Shown: one piece after another, positions 1-9,766 of the stretch
How positions within the stretch are numbered: position 1 is the first letter of the stretch
Layout of the letters: the number at the start of each line of letters is the position of its first letter
Assembly (NCBI GenBank): GCA_036565605.1
Contig: DATCXV010000028.1
Coordinates: forward strand, 1 to 53,589
From: Minisyncoccota bacterium
GTDB taxonomy: Bacteria; Patescibacteriota; Minisyncoccia; Phycocordibacterales; UBA6065
Length of the DNA stretch: 53,589 nt
Reading direction: 5' to 3'
Translations under genes and position numbers: made by a program
Notes under the pieces: generated by a model
What the model saw: the letters and a program-made list of their open reading frames with translations, nothing else
What the model was told of the DNA's origin: nothing
Databases searched by the model: none

Positions 1-3000
1 GCAATTTATCAGCAGGCCCAAGACACATCTTCGGACCGCGGCGGCCAATTGCGCTTCCAGACGTCTAATTCGTCCGGTGTTCTTACCGATGCGGTGACGA
101 TCAACAAATTCGGCTTCGTTGGTGTCGGTACAACATCGCCGTCACGTCTCTTTACTATCGAAGCAACGTCTCCTCGCGCTGTTATAAGAAATTCCGGAAC
201 ATCTGGCGATGGTTATCTTTTGTTCGGCGATGCTGATTCGGATGCGTCGGGAGGCATCAGGTACGATCATTCGACGGATTCGCTTACCTTCAGGACTGCG
301 GGTATCGCAGATCGCGTTGTAGTCAATTCGTCGGGTGCTGTTGGAATCGGCACGACGACCCCAGGTACGAAACTTGATGTGTATTCTGGAGCATCGGGTC
401 TTGGAAGGGCGGCTGCAGGCGGCATAACCCTGGAGAGCAACACACATCAGTATCTCAATTTCCTTTCAACGGCGAACGCGCAACAAGGAATCGTCTTCGG
501 TGCTGGTAATTTGAATAATGAAGCGAGGATTATATGGGAGGACGGCACGAGGGGTAATTTCCTCGACGTCTCTGGTGGCACAACTGTATCCATTAACGGT
601 AGTAATGGAGGATATGTTGGTATAGGTACATCAAGTCCTACGCAGAAGCTTGAGGTTGCGGGAGCCACTCAGATTGATGGGAATCTGAGGATCCGATCGG
701 CTACTGGTCTTGGAAATCTCACCATCAGCGACAACGGAGGAGGCACAGCTACCATCAGCAACACGGGCAACAGTTTCCTTGATATCAAGAGCACCGTCTC
801 GACGTACTTCTCTACGGGTAATGTTGGTATCGGTACCACAACCCCAAGCGCAAAGCTCGACGTCGAAGTATCTGGTGCAAGTGGTTTGTTTGTAGACCAT
901 TTGGGTAGCTCTTCGGGTGACCTGGTAGCAGGGTCTGCATTTGCTGTCATAAACGCCTGGTCCAATACCTTGCCAGCTCTCGGTGTTCATAACGCAGGAA
1001 CTGGTCCGGCGGCATATTTTGACGGTAATGTTGGTATTGGCACGACCACCCCCGGTGCGGGTATTTCGGGAACGACGCTCGAGGTGAATGGGTACGTCTC
1101 CACCGCGAACAACAAGGGATTGGTCGGCAGGACCACCAGTGGTACGGCCACGACCCTGATGAGGATCTCTTCCTCCAACAACTCGGAGTATTATTCCGTG
1201 GCGGATACCATCTTCTACAACAGCTCGTCCGAGAAGTTGAGGATCCTGAACAACGGCAACGTCGGTATTGGCACCACTTCGCCTCTCACAAAGTTAACCG
1301 TCACCGACAACAACGCTAACCTCGAGGTGTCGGGCAGCTCGAACGCAATCTATGACGGCGTCGTGCTCGAAGCGATCGACAGGCAAGGAACGGGCAGAAG
1401 CGACCTTAACCTCTTTACGGGCGCTGGTTCTCTTAAGATGTTCACGAATTCGACGGAGCGCTTGCGCATCACGAACTCTGGCAACGTCGGCATCGGCACC
1501 ACTTCTCCTTCACAATCGCTTTCGGTCCAGGGTAACGGACTCTTCTCGGGTAATGTCTCTGCTGCCAACATCACTGCGACCGGTACCGTTAACACCGCGT
1601 ATGCTTCAACGACTCAGCTCACTACAACTGGCAATACATACCTTGCGACTTCAGGGGGCAAGGTTGGAATAAGAACCGCAAATCCTGATTTATATAACGG
1701 ATTCGATTTCGTAATCAACGGAAGGTCTTTGGTTACATCCGGAAAAGAGTTCTATCTCGAAGGAAATCTGACCTCAGTTGGTAATACCCAGATAGGTGAT
1801 AGTTCTAGTGATGCTCTATCTTTCTATACAAGCACCTGGAGTGTATACAACAGCCCGAATCTGGATCTGGAAACTAATACCTCTGCACTGAAGTTCGACA
1901 CTGACCTTATGGATCTTGATACTTTGAACAGGAGGGTAGGTATCGGCACGACGACGCCGAGCGAAATGCTGCAGTTGAATGGCTCAGGAGGAGGAGACAC
2001 GCCGCGCATCAAGTTCACGAACGGGAGCACGGGACACTCGTCCGCCGACGGCGCGTTCATGGGTATATCGAACAGCACACAGTTCGATATCTGGAACTTC
2101 GAAAGCAATGCTGTCAGGATCGGAACAGCGAACAGCGAGCGAATAAGGATTGACGCGTCCGGAAACATCGGCATCGGTACCACGACTCCGTCGTCGAAGC
2201 TCGAAGTGTTCGGTGGTTCGGTAGCCCTTCAGGCGGGCGCCGGGTTCGACACGCTCAGGCTCAACTCTTCAAGCGCGGGCAACGGCACCTTGGTCGAGTC
2301 TCTTAACGCGGCAAGGACTAACTATAGTCCGTTCAACTTCTTCGGCTCGTCGCTTACCTATACGAACGGATCGGCGACCAGAGTCGATCTCACTGTGAAT
2401 TCTTCGGGCAATGTGGGTATCGGTACTTCGTCACCGTCTGCAAAATTGGATATCTTCAGCGGAACTGCTGCTGCAGATACATTTGCGTATATAGGAGGAA
2501 GTGCTGGAGAAAGGACACTGAAGCTAGGCGTCGACTCTACGGGCTCGAATACATACGCTGTAATACAGGGTATTTCACGTTTCGATTCTTCAGCGAGGGA
2601 TATAACTCTCCAGCCTGACGGGGGGAATGTTGGTATAGGAACGACAACGCCTGCAATCTGGTCTGGCTCCTCGAATCGTGTGCTAAGCATTTCCGGAAGC
2701 TCGAATCCTGGTGTCGCCCTCGAGAACACGTCTGCCAACTCGCAGTATTTCGTGTATGTGGATGGCGGGTCGAGCTTCCATGTCAGAGACTCTGCTGCTG
2801 CGGCCTCGAGGCTGACGATTTCATCTGGCGGAAACGTCGGCATCGGTACAACCAGCCCTGATTCAAACTTGAGCATCTCTGGAGGCAATACGATCGCTCA
2901 CATTTCAGGTGGTGGTGTGGGTCTCTTGAACATTGACGGTGGATCTGCGACGCAGGCACGCGGAGTGCAATTTGGATATCGTGGCGGCGGTGCGTCTCAG

Positions 3001-6000
3001 TTCTCGATCGGTCAGAACGGCACAACCGGATCGACAAGGCTTGGATTCTTTTCGAGTACTATATCCAGTGACGCGCTCAGAATGGTAATTGATTCTTCGG
3101 GTAACGTTGGCATCGGAACCACGAGCCCTCTCGCGAAGCTGGATGTGTACAGCACTACGGATAACGCTGCTTCCACGGTCCGCACCGACAATGCGGGACT
3201 CGACATCACCCATGCAAATGACACGGCAGGGAACTTTGGGTTGCTCCGTTTCAGGAACTGGGGATCGAACGGCAGCCTCGCGTCTTCGGACGGAACGTAC
3301 ATCCAGAGTCTCACCAACGCCAACAACGACACTGACCTAGCGTTCGGAAACTACGTGTCAGGTGGCACAGTCCTTGAGGCGATGAGGATCAAGCAGAATG
3401 GAAATGTGGGTATCGGTACCTCGACTCCGCAAAGTATGCTTCACCTCTGGGCCTCAAATAACACGCCTCAGCTTCGTCTTGAAAATAACGCGAATGGCGA
3501 CAGCGGATGGATGACGTTCTATGCAAACAATACGCGCCGAGGTTATATCCAATATGTGAACTCAACGGGCGCACTCACACTTGATGCGGGAGGTTCCAAT
3601 GCATTCGCATTCACGAACGGAAACGTCGGAATCGGCACCACCAGCCCCCGCGCGAAACTTCAGGTAACGGAAGGGGGTTCAGGCGCTCAGCTTTCGAACA
3701 ACTACGACAGTCTCTTTGTTGAGAACTCGGGAACGGGAGGCATTACGATCGGTACTCCTTCATCAGCGACCGGACTCCTTGCGTTCGCCGATCCTGGAAG
3801 TTCGATTGCCGGATATCTTGGTTATGACCATGCGAACGACTCGATGTCGCTTGGTACAGGCGGAAGTACTAGATTTACGGTGATGTCCGCTGGGAATGTT
3901 GGCATTGGAACTACGTCTCCTGTAAGCCGTCTCCATGTAGTCGACTCGTCCACGACTGGCCAGATAACCCTTGGTGATTCGACAAACAATAATTACCTGA
4001 GGATCCTTTCTCAGGCGGTTCTCGGCCAATCATCTATTGATTCGACAGGTAGCCTTCTTCTCAGGACGAACGGAAGCACTGAGGTCATGAGGCTCACATC
4101 GGGTGGCAACGTCGGCATCGGCACGACCTCGCCTGCCACGACGCTCTCTATCGCAGGTAGCGAATACTTGACTGGTGGTATCGGGGTTGGTGTCGTCAAT
4201 ACCACGGCGGGCAGCATTGACGCCTTGGGTACTATAAATACATCGGGAACAACCGGTGGATACAAAATAAACGGCACCTTAGTCTTGCAAGCTTCATCAA
4301 CCAATTACTCGACTCTGGTCGGCGAGGGTGCGGGTGCGGCTTTGAAAGCGAACAATATCTTTAACACCGCGGTGGGCTATCATGCCCTCTCTAATGGTTC
4401 TGTTTCGAGTAACACTGCTATCGGTAGCTATGCCCTTGGCTTAAATACTGTCACTGGAGGGTCTAATACCGCTTTGGGTAGCCATGCGCTTTACTCAAAC
4501 ACTTCTGGCAGCGATAACATTGCTCTGGGTGATCAGGCTCTCTACGATAACCTCTCGGGAAACTCCAACATAGCTGTAGGTTCCAATGCCCTCGGTGGTA
4601 ACTCCTCAGGGTATTTTAACGTCGCCTCTGGTGATCATGCTATGCAAAATAACAGTACGGGTTACGGCAATGCCTCGATGGGCGCATTCTCCCTTTGGCT
4701 TAATGCCGGAGGTATAGAAAATGCCGCAGTCGGCTATAATGCCCTCTTTAACAATACGGGGAGTCACAATGCCGGATTTGGCGGTAGGGCCCTCAAATAT
4801 AACACCACTGGTTCGAGTACTACTGCCGTTGGTTACAATGCGGGTAGTTTCATCGCAAACGGCGTCACGCACAACTCGATTTCCGACAATTCACTTTTCC
4901 TCGGCGCTAACTCTATGGCCCAGGCGAGCGGCGATACTAACGAGGTCGTCATTGGCTACAATGCCATCGGAAACGGCTCGAACTCGATAACTCTGGGTAA
5001 CTCTTCTATCACCAAAACGGTGATAGGAGGTAATGTGGGAATCGGCACAACATCTCCGGCGGCAAAGCTGTCGCTTTATGGATCATCGTCGGGAACCACG
5101 GACAATGGTGTCTTGAATGTGAGCGTGAATGGCGGTGGTTCCGGTGATAGTGGTCTTGCAATAGGCTATGACACTTCGAACAACTGGAGCTGGATTTACA
5201 GCAGGACTGCTGGGATCTCTCAGAGGGCTCTTAACATAAACAACGGTAATCTTTATTTGGCAGGATCCGGAGGAACTGTCGGTATCGGAACCACGACGCC
5301 GACATCCGGTCTGACGGTCTCGGCTGGAAGTGTTTGGGGTAACTTCCACCTTACGAGCACCGCAGCAAATGGCGAGTCGGGAATCGAAATCAAATCGGCA
5401 GATGATGCGAGCGGTGGAGCTGGCATGTGGCTTGTCGGAAAGAATTTCGGAGGCCTGTCTTCGGATCAATTCTCGATCTATAACAGCGGCAGCAACAAGT
5501 TCGTGATCGACACGGCAGGCAATGTCGGGATTGGTACCTCGTTGCCGCAGCGTGCGCTTCATGTATATCGTTCGTCCGATGGTCCGCCAGTACGTTTTGA
5601 AGATGCGAACGGTTATTGTGAGATCGATCCGACCTCGACATCGTGGATCTGTACCTCGGACCGAACGCTTAAGAAGGAAATCAATTCGATTGATACGGAC
5701 GAAACGCTTGCGCGACTCGCACAGCTTCAGGCGGTATCGTTCCGCTGGAACAAGGACGAGTCGACTGATCCGTTGCGCTACGGCTTTATTGCTCAGGATG
5801 TGGAAGTGATTTTCCCAGAACTGGTTTCGACGGCAGCAAATGGCATCAAGTCTGTCGCGTACGGCGGATTTACTCCGTTCATTATCGAAGGCGTGAAGGC
5901 GCTCAAGCTTTCGGTTGATGATCTGTCGAAGCGTGTGACAGACGTTGAGGCACGCTTGGCGGCCTTGGAAAGAGCTGTCGGCACATCAGCTGCGACTTCG

Positions 6001-6666
6001 ACGGTTCCGACCGCAACTACAACCGAAACGGTTGCAACGCAGAATGCGTTCGCAGAGTGGCTTTCGTCCATGGGTGTTACCATCGAATCGGCGATCATGC
6101 ATGTGACGGATTTGATTGCGAGTGCTATCACTGCTGATACGATCACGGTAAATAATCTGACGGCTGGTAACGCTCAGAACTTTGCGTCTGCCGGCATCAC
6201 CACCTTCGACCGTGTTACTGGCCAGGCATATTGTATGTTCATTGCTAATGGCCAGGTTCAATCGTCGGCTGGCTCATGTGACAATCCGAACAATCCGGCA
6301 AATATGAATAATGGAACCGGAGGCACTGTTACGGGCGATCCGACGGACGGCATTGTTGAAGGAACGGGCGAGACGAATACGGGCACGTCAACGCCGGTAG
6401 ATAATCATGGCGAGACTGCAACCTCGACGCCTTTGACGACGGCAACTACGACTGAAACAGTGGCACCGCAGACGACGCAAGAAGAGGAAGTTCACGAGAC
6501 CGCAACCTCGACACCGGCGGTTGATACGGACACGGTTGCTTCATCTACGCCTTCGACAGAAACTCCTCCGGCAGAAACGGTTGAGACCCAGACTGCTGAC
6601 GCTTCGACCGAAACCGCAACGTCCACATCTTCAGGTCCGATCTCTGATGCGACGGTGACGCCATAA
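1..6666 (+). CDS. Giant fibre/adhesin-like repeat protein, 5' end cut by window edge (at least 2221 aa)
   Basis: Frame 1 is open from nt 1; the track start at 49 is an internal TTG. About 21 copies of G-N-V-G-I-G-T-T-(S/T)-P lie 75-130 aa apart. Also has YadA-like head repeats, an S74 chaperone-type domain and a Thr/Glu/Pro-rich tail. TAA at 6664. Confidence 0.9.
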   Translation, partial: AIYQQAQDTSSDRGGQLRFQTSNSSGVLTDAVTINKFGFVGVGTTSPSRLFTIEATSPRAVIRNSGTSGDGYLLFGDADSDASGGIRYDHSTDSLTFRTAGIADRVVVNSSGAVGIGTTTPGTKLDVYSGASGLGRAAAGGITLESNTHQYLNFLSTANAQQGIVFGAGNLNNEARIIWEDGTRGNFLDVSGGTTVSINGSNGGYVGIGTSSPTQKLEVAGATQIDGNLRIRSATGLGNLTISDNGGGTATISNTGNSFLDIKSTVSTYFSTGNVGIGTTTPSAKLDVEVSGASGLFVDHLGSSSGDLVAGSAFAVINAWSNTLPALGVHNAGTGPAAYFDGNVGIGTTTPGAGISGTTLEVNGYVSTANNKGLVGRTTSGTATTLMRISSSNNSEYYSVADTIFYNSSSEKLRILNNGNVGIGTTSPLTKLTVTDNNANLEVSGSSNAIYDGVVLEAIDRQGTGRSDLNLFTGAGSLKMFTNSTERLRITNSGNVGIGTTSPSQSLSVQGNGLFSGNVSAANITATGTVNTAYASTTQLTTTGNTYLATSGGKVGIRTANPDLYNGFDFVINGRSLVTSGKEFYLEGNLTSVGNTQIGDSSSDALSFYTSTWSVYNSPNLDLETNTSALKFDTDLMDLDTLNRRVGIGTTTPSEMLQLNGSGGGDTPRIKFTNGSTGHSSADGAFMGISNSTQFDIWNFESNAVRIGTANSERIRIDASGNIGIGTTTPSSKLEVFGGSVALQAGAGFDTLRLNSSSAGNGTLVESLNAARTNYSPFNFFGSSLTYTNGSATRVDLTVNSSGNVGIGTSSPSAKLDIFSGTAAADTFAYIGGSAGERTLKLGVDSTGSNTYAVIQGISRFDSSARDITLQPDGGNVGIGTTTPAIWSGSSNRVLSISGSSNPGVALENTSANSQYFVYVDGGSSFHVRDSAAAASRLTISSGGNVGIGTTSPDSNLSISGGNTIAHISGGGVGLLNIDGGSATQARGVQFGYRGGGASQFSIGQNGTTGSTRLGFFSSTISSDALRMVIDSSGNVGIGTTSPLAKLDVYSTTDNAASTVRTDNAGLDITHANDTAGNFGLLRFRNWGSNGSLASSDGTYIQSLTNANNDTDLAFGNYVSGGTVLEAMRIKQNGNVGIGTSTPQSMLHLWASNNTPQLRLENNANGDSGWMTFYANNTRRGYIQYVNSTGALTLDAGGSNAFAFTNGNVGIGTTSPRAKLQVTEGGSGAQLSNNYDSLFVENSGTGGITIGTPSSATGLLAFADPGSSIAGYLGYDHANDSMSLGTGGSTRFTVMSAGNVGIGTTSPVSRLHVVDSSTTGQITLGDSTNNNYLRILSQAVLGQSSIDSTGSLLLRTNGSTEVMRLTSGGNVGIGTTSPATTLSIAGSEYLTGGIGVGVVNTTAGSIDALGTINTSGTTGGYKINGTLVLQASSTNYSTLVGEGAGAALKANNIFNTAVGYHALSNGSVSSNTAIGSYALGLNTVTGGSNTALGSHALYSNTSGSDNIALGDQALYDNLSGNSNIAVGSNALGGNSSGYFNVASGDHAMQNNSTGYGNASMGAFSLWLNAGGIENAAVGYNALFNNTGSHNAGFGGRALKYNTTGSSTTAVGYNAGSFIANGVTHNSISDNSLFLGANSMAQASGDTNEVVIGYNAIGNGSNSITLGNSSITKTVIGGNVGIGTTSPAAKLSLYGSSSGTTDNGVLNVSVNGGGSGDSGLAIGYDTSNNWSWIYSRTAGISQRALNINNGNLYLAGSGGTVGIGTTTPTSGLTVSAGSVWGNFHLTSTAANGESGIEIKSADDASGGAGMWLVGKNFGGLSSDQFSIYNSGSNKFVIDTAGNVGIGTSLPQRALHVYRSSDGPPVRFEDANGYCEIDPTSTSWICTSDRTLKKEINSIDTDETLARLAQLQAVSFRWNKDESTDPLRYGFIAQDVEVIFPELVSTAANGIKSVAYGGFTPFIIEGVKALKLSVDDLSKRVTDVEARLAALERAVGTSAATSTVPTATTTETVATQNAFAEWLSSMGVTIESAIMHVTDLIASAITADTITVNNLTAGNAQNFASAGITTFDRVTGQAYCMFIANGQVQSSAGSCDNPNNPANMNNGTGGTVTGDPTDGIVEGTGETNTGTSTPVDNHGETATSTPLTTATTTETVAPQTTQEEEVHETATSTPAVDTDTVASSTPSTETPPAETVETQTADASTETATSTSSGPISDATVTP
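4321..5010 (+). other. YadA/Hep_Hag-like head-repeat region inside the giant ORF
   Basis: Degenerate 14-15 aa repeats of form N-x-A-(V/L/I)-G-x-x-A-L-x-x-N-x-x-G, e.g. NTAVGYHALSNG, NTAIGSYALGLN, NTALGSHALYSN, NIALGDQALYDN, NIAVGSNALGGN. Confidence 0.6.
5656..6010 (+). other. Peptidase S74 / intramolecular chaperone (tail-fibre C-terminal) domain
   Basis: S-D-R-T-L-K-K-E-I (Ser then Lys at +5, the autoproteolytic dyad pattern), followed by VSFRWNKDE...YGFIAQDVEVIFPELV...VAYGGFTPFIIEGVKAL and a coiled coil. Confidence 0.7.
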
Positions 6667-6688
6667 AGAAAACAGTCAGAACTAGTCG

Positions 6689-7384
6689 TTATCTTGGTCC
6701 GATTTCTACTGCTTTAAACTGGTCATCGCCCGTTTTGGTGCCGATCAGCTTCATGCGATCACCGGGATGGAATTCAAAGCCTTCAGGACGAGCGGCATCT
6801 GACGCGTCCACGGTCCACAACACAGAATCAGCGTCGCGCAGGGTGAAGGATTCTTCGGAATCTTTCTCGCGCACTGTACCGGAAAGAAGACCGTGTGTTG
6901 GATCAAGCCATGCGTTGGTGTTCAAAGGTGTCACTGCGTTGTAAAGAGGAATATTTTCAGAAGCCGCTTTATCGACTTTGTCAGCGATACCGAAAGCATA
7001 CGCGGCTGTGCCCAATCCAGCCGCCACCAATCCCGCGATCATGATGACTTGTCTGGTCGCAATGCGGTAGCCTCGGCGTGTTTGACGGAAGTTCACGTAT
7101 GCCACAACAGCGATGACAAGTGTTGCGATGATCCAGAAATAGGGGATCGAGTAAGCAATCTTTTCAGATGACGAAAGCCCCAGTTTCTCGAAAAGCTGGA
7201 AGTCCGCTCCTGCGACCATAAAGATGATCATGCCGATGCCAACCGAAAGCGCGGCGGCTAAAACGCCCAGAAGCGTCCACAGTATGAAATCGCGCATTTG
7301 AAAGACGCCCTTGGGCACGGGCTTCAGACCGCGGGTTTTGATCCGCTCCAGAATCTGTTTTTCTAATGTCATGTCTGTTTTCAT
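6689..7384 (-). CDS. Multi-pass membrane protein; putative anti-sigma factor by position only
   Basis: 231-aa ORF starting 16 nt downstream of the sigma-factor gene on the same strand. About 4 hydrophobic helices, then a soluble C-terminal domain. No recognisable family motif. Confidence 0.7.
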   Translation of the reverse strand: MKTDMTLEKQILERIKTRGLKPVPKGVFQMRDFILWTLLGVLAAALSVGIGMIIFMVAGADFQLFEKLGLSSSEKIAYSIPYFWIIATLVIAVVAYVNFRQTRRGYRIATRQVIMIAGLVAAGLGTAAYAFGIADKVDKAASENIPLYNAVTPLNTNAWLDPTHGLLSGTVREKDSEESFTLRDADSVLWTVDASDAARPEGFEFHPGDRMKLIGTKTGDDQFKAVEIGPR

Positions 7385-7400
7385 ATCGTTGTTTTCTTCG

Positions 7401-8009
7401 TCATAGCTCGCCCAAGTGCATACCTTTCTCTTGCGCCTGTCGCCGGAACTCTTTTTTGGCTCGGTGGATCAGGGTTGCGACGGTGCCGGGAGGTTTCTTT
7501 AAAATATCCGAGATTTCCGCGTAATCTTTGTCTTCCAAAAACTTCAGTACCAAGACCGAGCGGTATTTCGGTTCGAGCTCGTCGAGGACCGCTTCGATCG
7601 AGGCTTTCACAAAGCTGCGATCAGCGTCAGCTGCGATATCGCCATCGGCCGCGATCGTTTCAGCCAAAGCAACCGAATCGTCGTCTGAACCGGATGGATC
7701 GTCGAGCGAGGCGCCGGCGCGTTTGCGCCGGCGCAAAGCATCTACCGATTCGTTATGCGCAATGCGATAGATCCACGACGAGAACTGCAAGGTCTGGTCG
7801 AAGTCGTTCAAATTCTCGTACGCCTTGATAAAGACGTCCTGTAGGATCATGTCGAGTTCGTCTGGGGCAGGGCGGGCGACTCGGCGGATATAGCGGCGCA
7901 AAGGAGCTTGGTATTTCAGGATGATGTTCCCGAAATCGTCTGGACGAGAAAGAGCCGCAGCGACCAGCGCGGCGTCCTCTTTCTGCGAAGTTTCGCGGTC
8001 TGTTGCCAT
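7401..8009 (-). CDS. RNA polymerase sigma-70 family (ECF-type) sigma factor
   Basis: Region 2 (DVFIKAYENLNDFD...FSSWIYRIAHNESVDALRRRKR) and region 4 HTH (YRSVLVLKFLEDKDYAEISDILKKPPGTVATLIHRAKKEF). Start moved to ATG 8009. The track start at 8129 abuts the tRNA and lies upstream of a TATAAT box. Confidence 0.85.
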   Translation of the reverse strand: MATDRETSQKEDAALVAAALSRPDDFGNIILKYQAPLRRYIRRVARPAPDELDMILQDVFIKAYENLNDFDQTLQFSSWIYRIAHNESVDALRRRKRAGASLDDPSGSDDDSVALAETIAADGDIAADADRSFVKASIEAVLDELEPKYRSVLVLKFLEDKDYAEISDILKKPPGTVATLIHRAKKEFRRQAQEKGMHLGEL

Positions 8010-8016
8010 CGCTCTC

Positions 8017-8022
8017 ATTATA
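8017..8022 (-). promoter_or_regulatory. -10 box TATAAT, 7 nt upstream of sigma-factor ATG 8009
   Basis: Minus strand reads cgtatTATAATgagagcgATGgca. Confidence 0.4.
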
Positions 8023-8083
8023 ATACGTTCGAGAGGGCATTCATCTTTCCTGCTATCCTTTCTGTTGTGTTTCTCCGGTTTTT

Positions 8084-8092
8084 TGCTATATT
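8084..8092 (+). promoter_or_regulatory. Extended -10 promoter (TGcTATATT) for tRNA-Asn
   Basis: ttttTGcTATATTttgggg lies about 40 nt upstream of the tRNA 5' end. A ccgccc...gggcgg hairpin sits in the leader. Confidence 0.45.
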
Positions 8093-8129
8093 TTGGGGTA
8101 CCGCCCGCATCCGCAGGGCGGCCGTACAT

Positions 8130-8201
8130 TCCGGGATAGCTCAGCGGTAGAGCAGTCGCCTGTTAAGCGATTGGTCGCAGGTTCGATCCCTGCTCCCGGA
8201 G
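8130..8201 (+). tRNA. tRNA-Asn (anticodon GTT)
   Basis: 72-nt cloverleaf folded by hand: acceptor TCCGGGA/TCCCGGA, D arm GCTC/GAGC, anticodon arm GTCGC-CTGTTAA-GCGAT, T arm GCAGG-TTCGATC-CCTGC, discriminator G. CCA is not encoded. Confidence 0.93.
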
Positions 8202-8212
8202 CCCAACTGACA
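8197..8212 (+). repeat. 16-nt direct repeat copy 1 (CGGAGCCCAACTGACA): tRNA-Asn 3' end plus trailer
   Basis: Identical 16-mer recurs at 11828-11843 on the same strand. Confidence 0.8.
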
Positions 8213-8242
8213 AAACAGGCATAAAGTGCCTGTTTTGTTTTG
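8211..8242 (+). terminator. Rho-independent terminator after tRNA-Asn
   Basis: caaaacaggc-ataaagt-gcctgttttg followed by a T-run. Confidence 0.75.
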
Positions 8243-8469
8243 TAAATATTGGCTTTTTAGAGGTTCGAGCGTACTCGATTTCTTTCTCGATTGCTTCACG
8301 TGCCTTGATGAGGCTCAAGAAGTAAGAAGTGTAGGAAACCTTAAGTATTTTGTTAGAAATGGTGAGGTTCGAGCCAAGACATGCGAGTATCGCTCGTTTA
8401 GTCTTTTCATCACCATTTGCGTACCAAATGTAGGCGTAGCAGGCAAAATCAAATGTTTGTTCTGAAAGT
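8243..8469 (-). pseudogene. Coding-like remnant without a usable start codon
   Basis: The minus-strand frame (...FDFACYAYIWYANGDEKTKRAILACLGSNLTISNKILKV...) is open. Its only ATG lies inside the amine-oxidase gene, and the frame runs on through the terminator and the tRNA. Confidence 0.2.
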
Positions 8470-9762
8470 TCAGCCCACTGCTCGGATACTTCCTGCAACC
8501 TCCTTACCACTTCCAAGAGCACCTTCAACAGTTGCTGTTTCTTCTCCTGTATACATCGCTTCGCCCGCAAAGAAAACAGTGTTATCTACCGGCTCTGCAA
8601 GTCTCTCATAAGCATCTGCTGTATCCATTGCTGTGTAGCTGTAGGCACCGAGAGCATAAGGGTCATTGGACCAGTTGATTATTTTCCAAGTCTCAATTTG
8701 GTTTCTCAAAAATTCCTTATCGACAGTAAACGTGTTTGCGAGAGCCAAAATACCCAAGTCAAGTAGCTCGTCATCAGATAAGTTCTTATTCTTTTCTACA
8801 TTTGGTCCTGCCATCCAACCCACCATTACATTTGTTTCGATAGGATATTGAGTCCACCAAGCGGTGAAGTCGTCATTACAGAGGGCAAAAGAAAGTTTTG
8901 AGAGATCATTAGGGGTGGCTTTCTTCCACCACTGACTTTTGAATTTGATAAGCAACTTAATTGCTGATCCATAGCCGATCTTAGGAGCAAGAGCTATTTT
9001 CTCTGAAATATCAGGGGTGAATTCGATGCTTTTAAGGACCGGCAAAGGTACAGTAACTATGACCTTAGCGGCTTCAAAAGATTTATTAGAAGTTTTTACA
9101 ATAACTTTTCCTATAGTGGATTCAATTGATACTACTGGGCTATTAAAAATAATTTCTCCATTATTTCCTTCAATCTCTTTCTTGAGAAAGTTGAGAAGAG
9201 CTCCATAGCCTTCCTTTATCCAACCGTCAGCATGATACTTTTTACCAAACCAAACGCTCTTTAGGGTGAAAGTACTTACCCTGCGAGGATCTGCTGCCTC
9301 ATAACCCTCCACCATCTTTAAAATAGAGTTTCTAAGACTTGCATATTCTTCTGTTCCAAAATGAGTTTCAAGAAATTCAGCAATGGAAACATCACTCTCT
9401 AATTTCTCGAGTTTTTCCTTAAGTATTTGATTTCCTTCAATAAAAGATTTGTGCAGTGCAAGCGGACCATTGCGTGTAGCCCACACCTCTCCATCCTCTG
9501 ATTCGGGCACGAATGTAAGTCCGGCTTCTTGTATCAGAGCTTTGGTAACTGGAGCTTCACCATGAACGAATTCACCACCTCCTTGAGCTGGATAGCCAAA
9601 ATCCGCCTCGCTAAGTGGCATGATTCTACCTCCGATTCGATCTCGGGCTTCTAGGATAATTATTTTCTTTCCGGTCTTAGCAAGTTCTCGGGCCGCCATT
9701 AGTCCCGAGGCACCAGCTCCGACAATCAAGACATCCGTCTGAGTTGCAACAGCATTCTTCAT
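8470..9762 (-). CDS. FAD-dependent amine oxidase (flavin-containing amine oxidoreductase family)
   Basis: N-terminal dinucleotide fold DVLIVGAGASGLMAARELAKTGKKIIILEARDRIGGR and C-terminal FFAGEAMYTGE...VEGALGSG. Start set to ATG 9762 (MKNAVATQ); the track start at 9792 would overlap the upstream gene. Confidence 0.85.
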   Translation of the reverse strand: MKNAVATQTDVLIVGAGASGLMAARELAKTGKKIIILEARDRIGGRIMPLSEADFGYPAQGGGEFVHGEAPVTKALIQEAGLTFVPESEDGEVWATRNGPLALHKSFIEGNQILKEKLEKLESDVSIAEFLETHFGTEEYASLRNSILKMVEGYEAADPRRVSTFTLKSVWFGKKYHADGWIKEGYGALLNFLKKEIEGNNGEIIFNSPVVSIESTIGKVIVKTSNKSFEAAKVIVTVPLPVLKSIEFTPDISEKIALAPKIGYGSAIKLLIKFKSQWWKKATPNDLSKLSFALCNDDFTAWWTQYPIETNVMVGWMAGPNVEKNKNLSDDELLDLGILALANTFTVDKEFLRNQIETWKIINWSNDPYALGAYSYTAMDTADAYERLAEPVDNTVFFAGEAMYTGEETATVEGALGSGKEVAGSIRAVG

Positions 9763-9766
9763 ATAT

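Noticed and set aside
1-6666. Periodic recurrence of ggcaacgtcggcatcggcacc-like sequence as a CRISPR array or noncoding tandem repeat.
   Set aside because: The spacing is irregular (about 225-390 nt). The motif is always in the same open reading frame, encoding GNVGIGT, and the intervening sequence is coding. There is no leader and no short uniform spacers.
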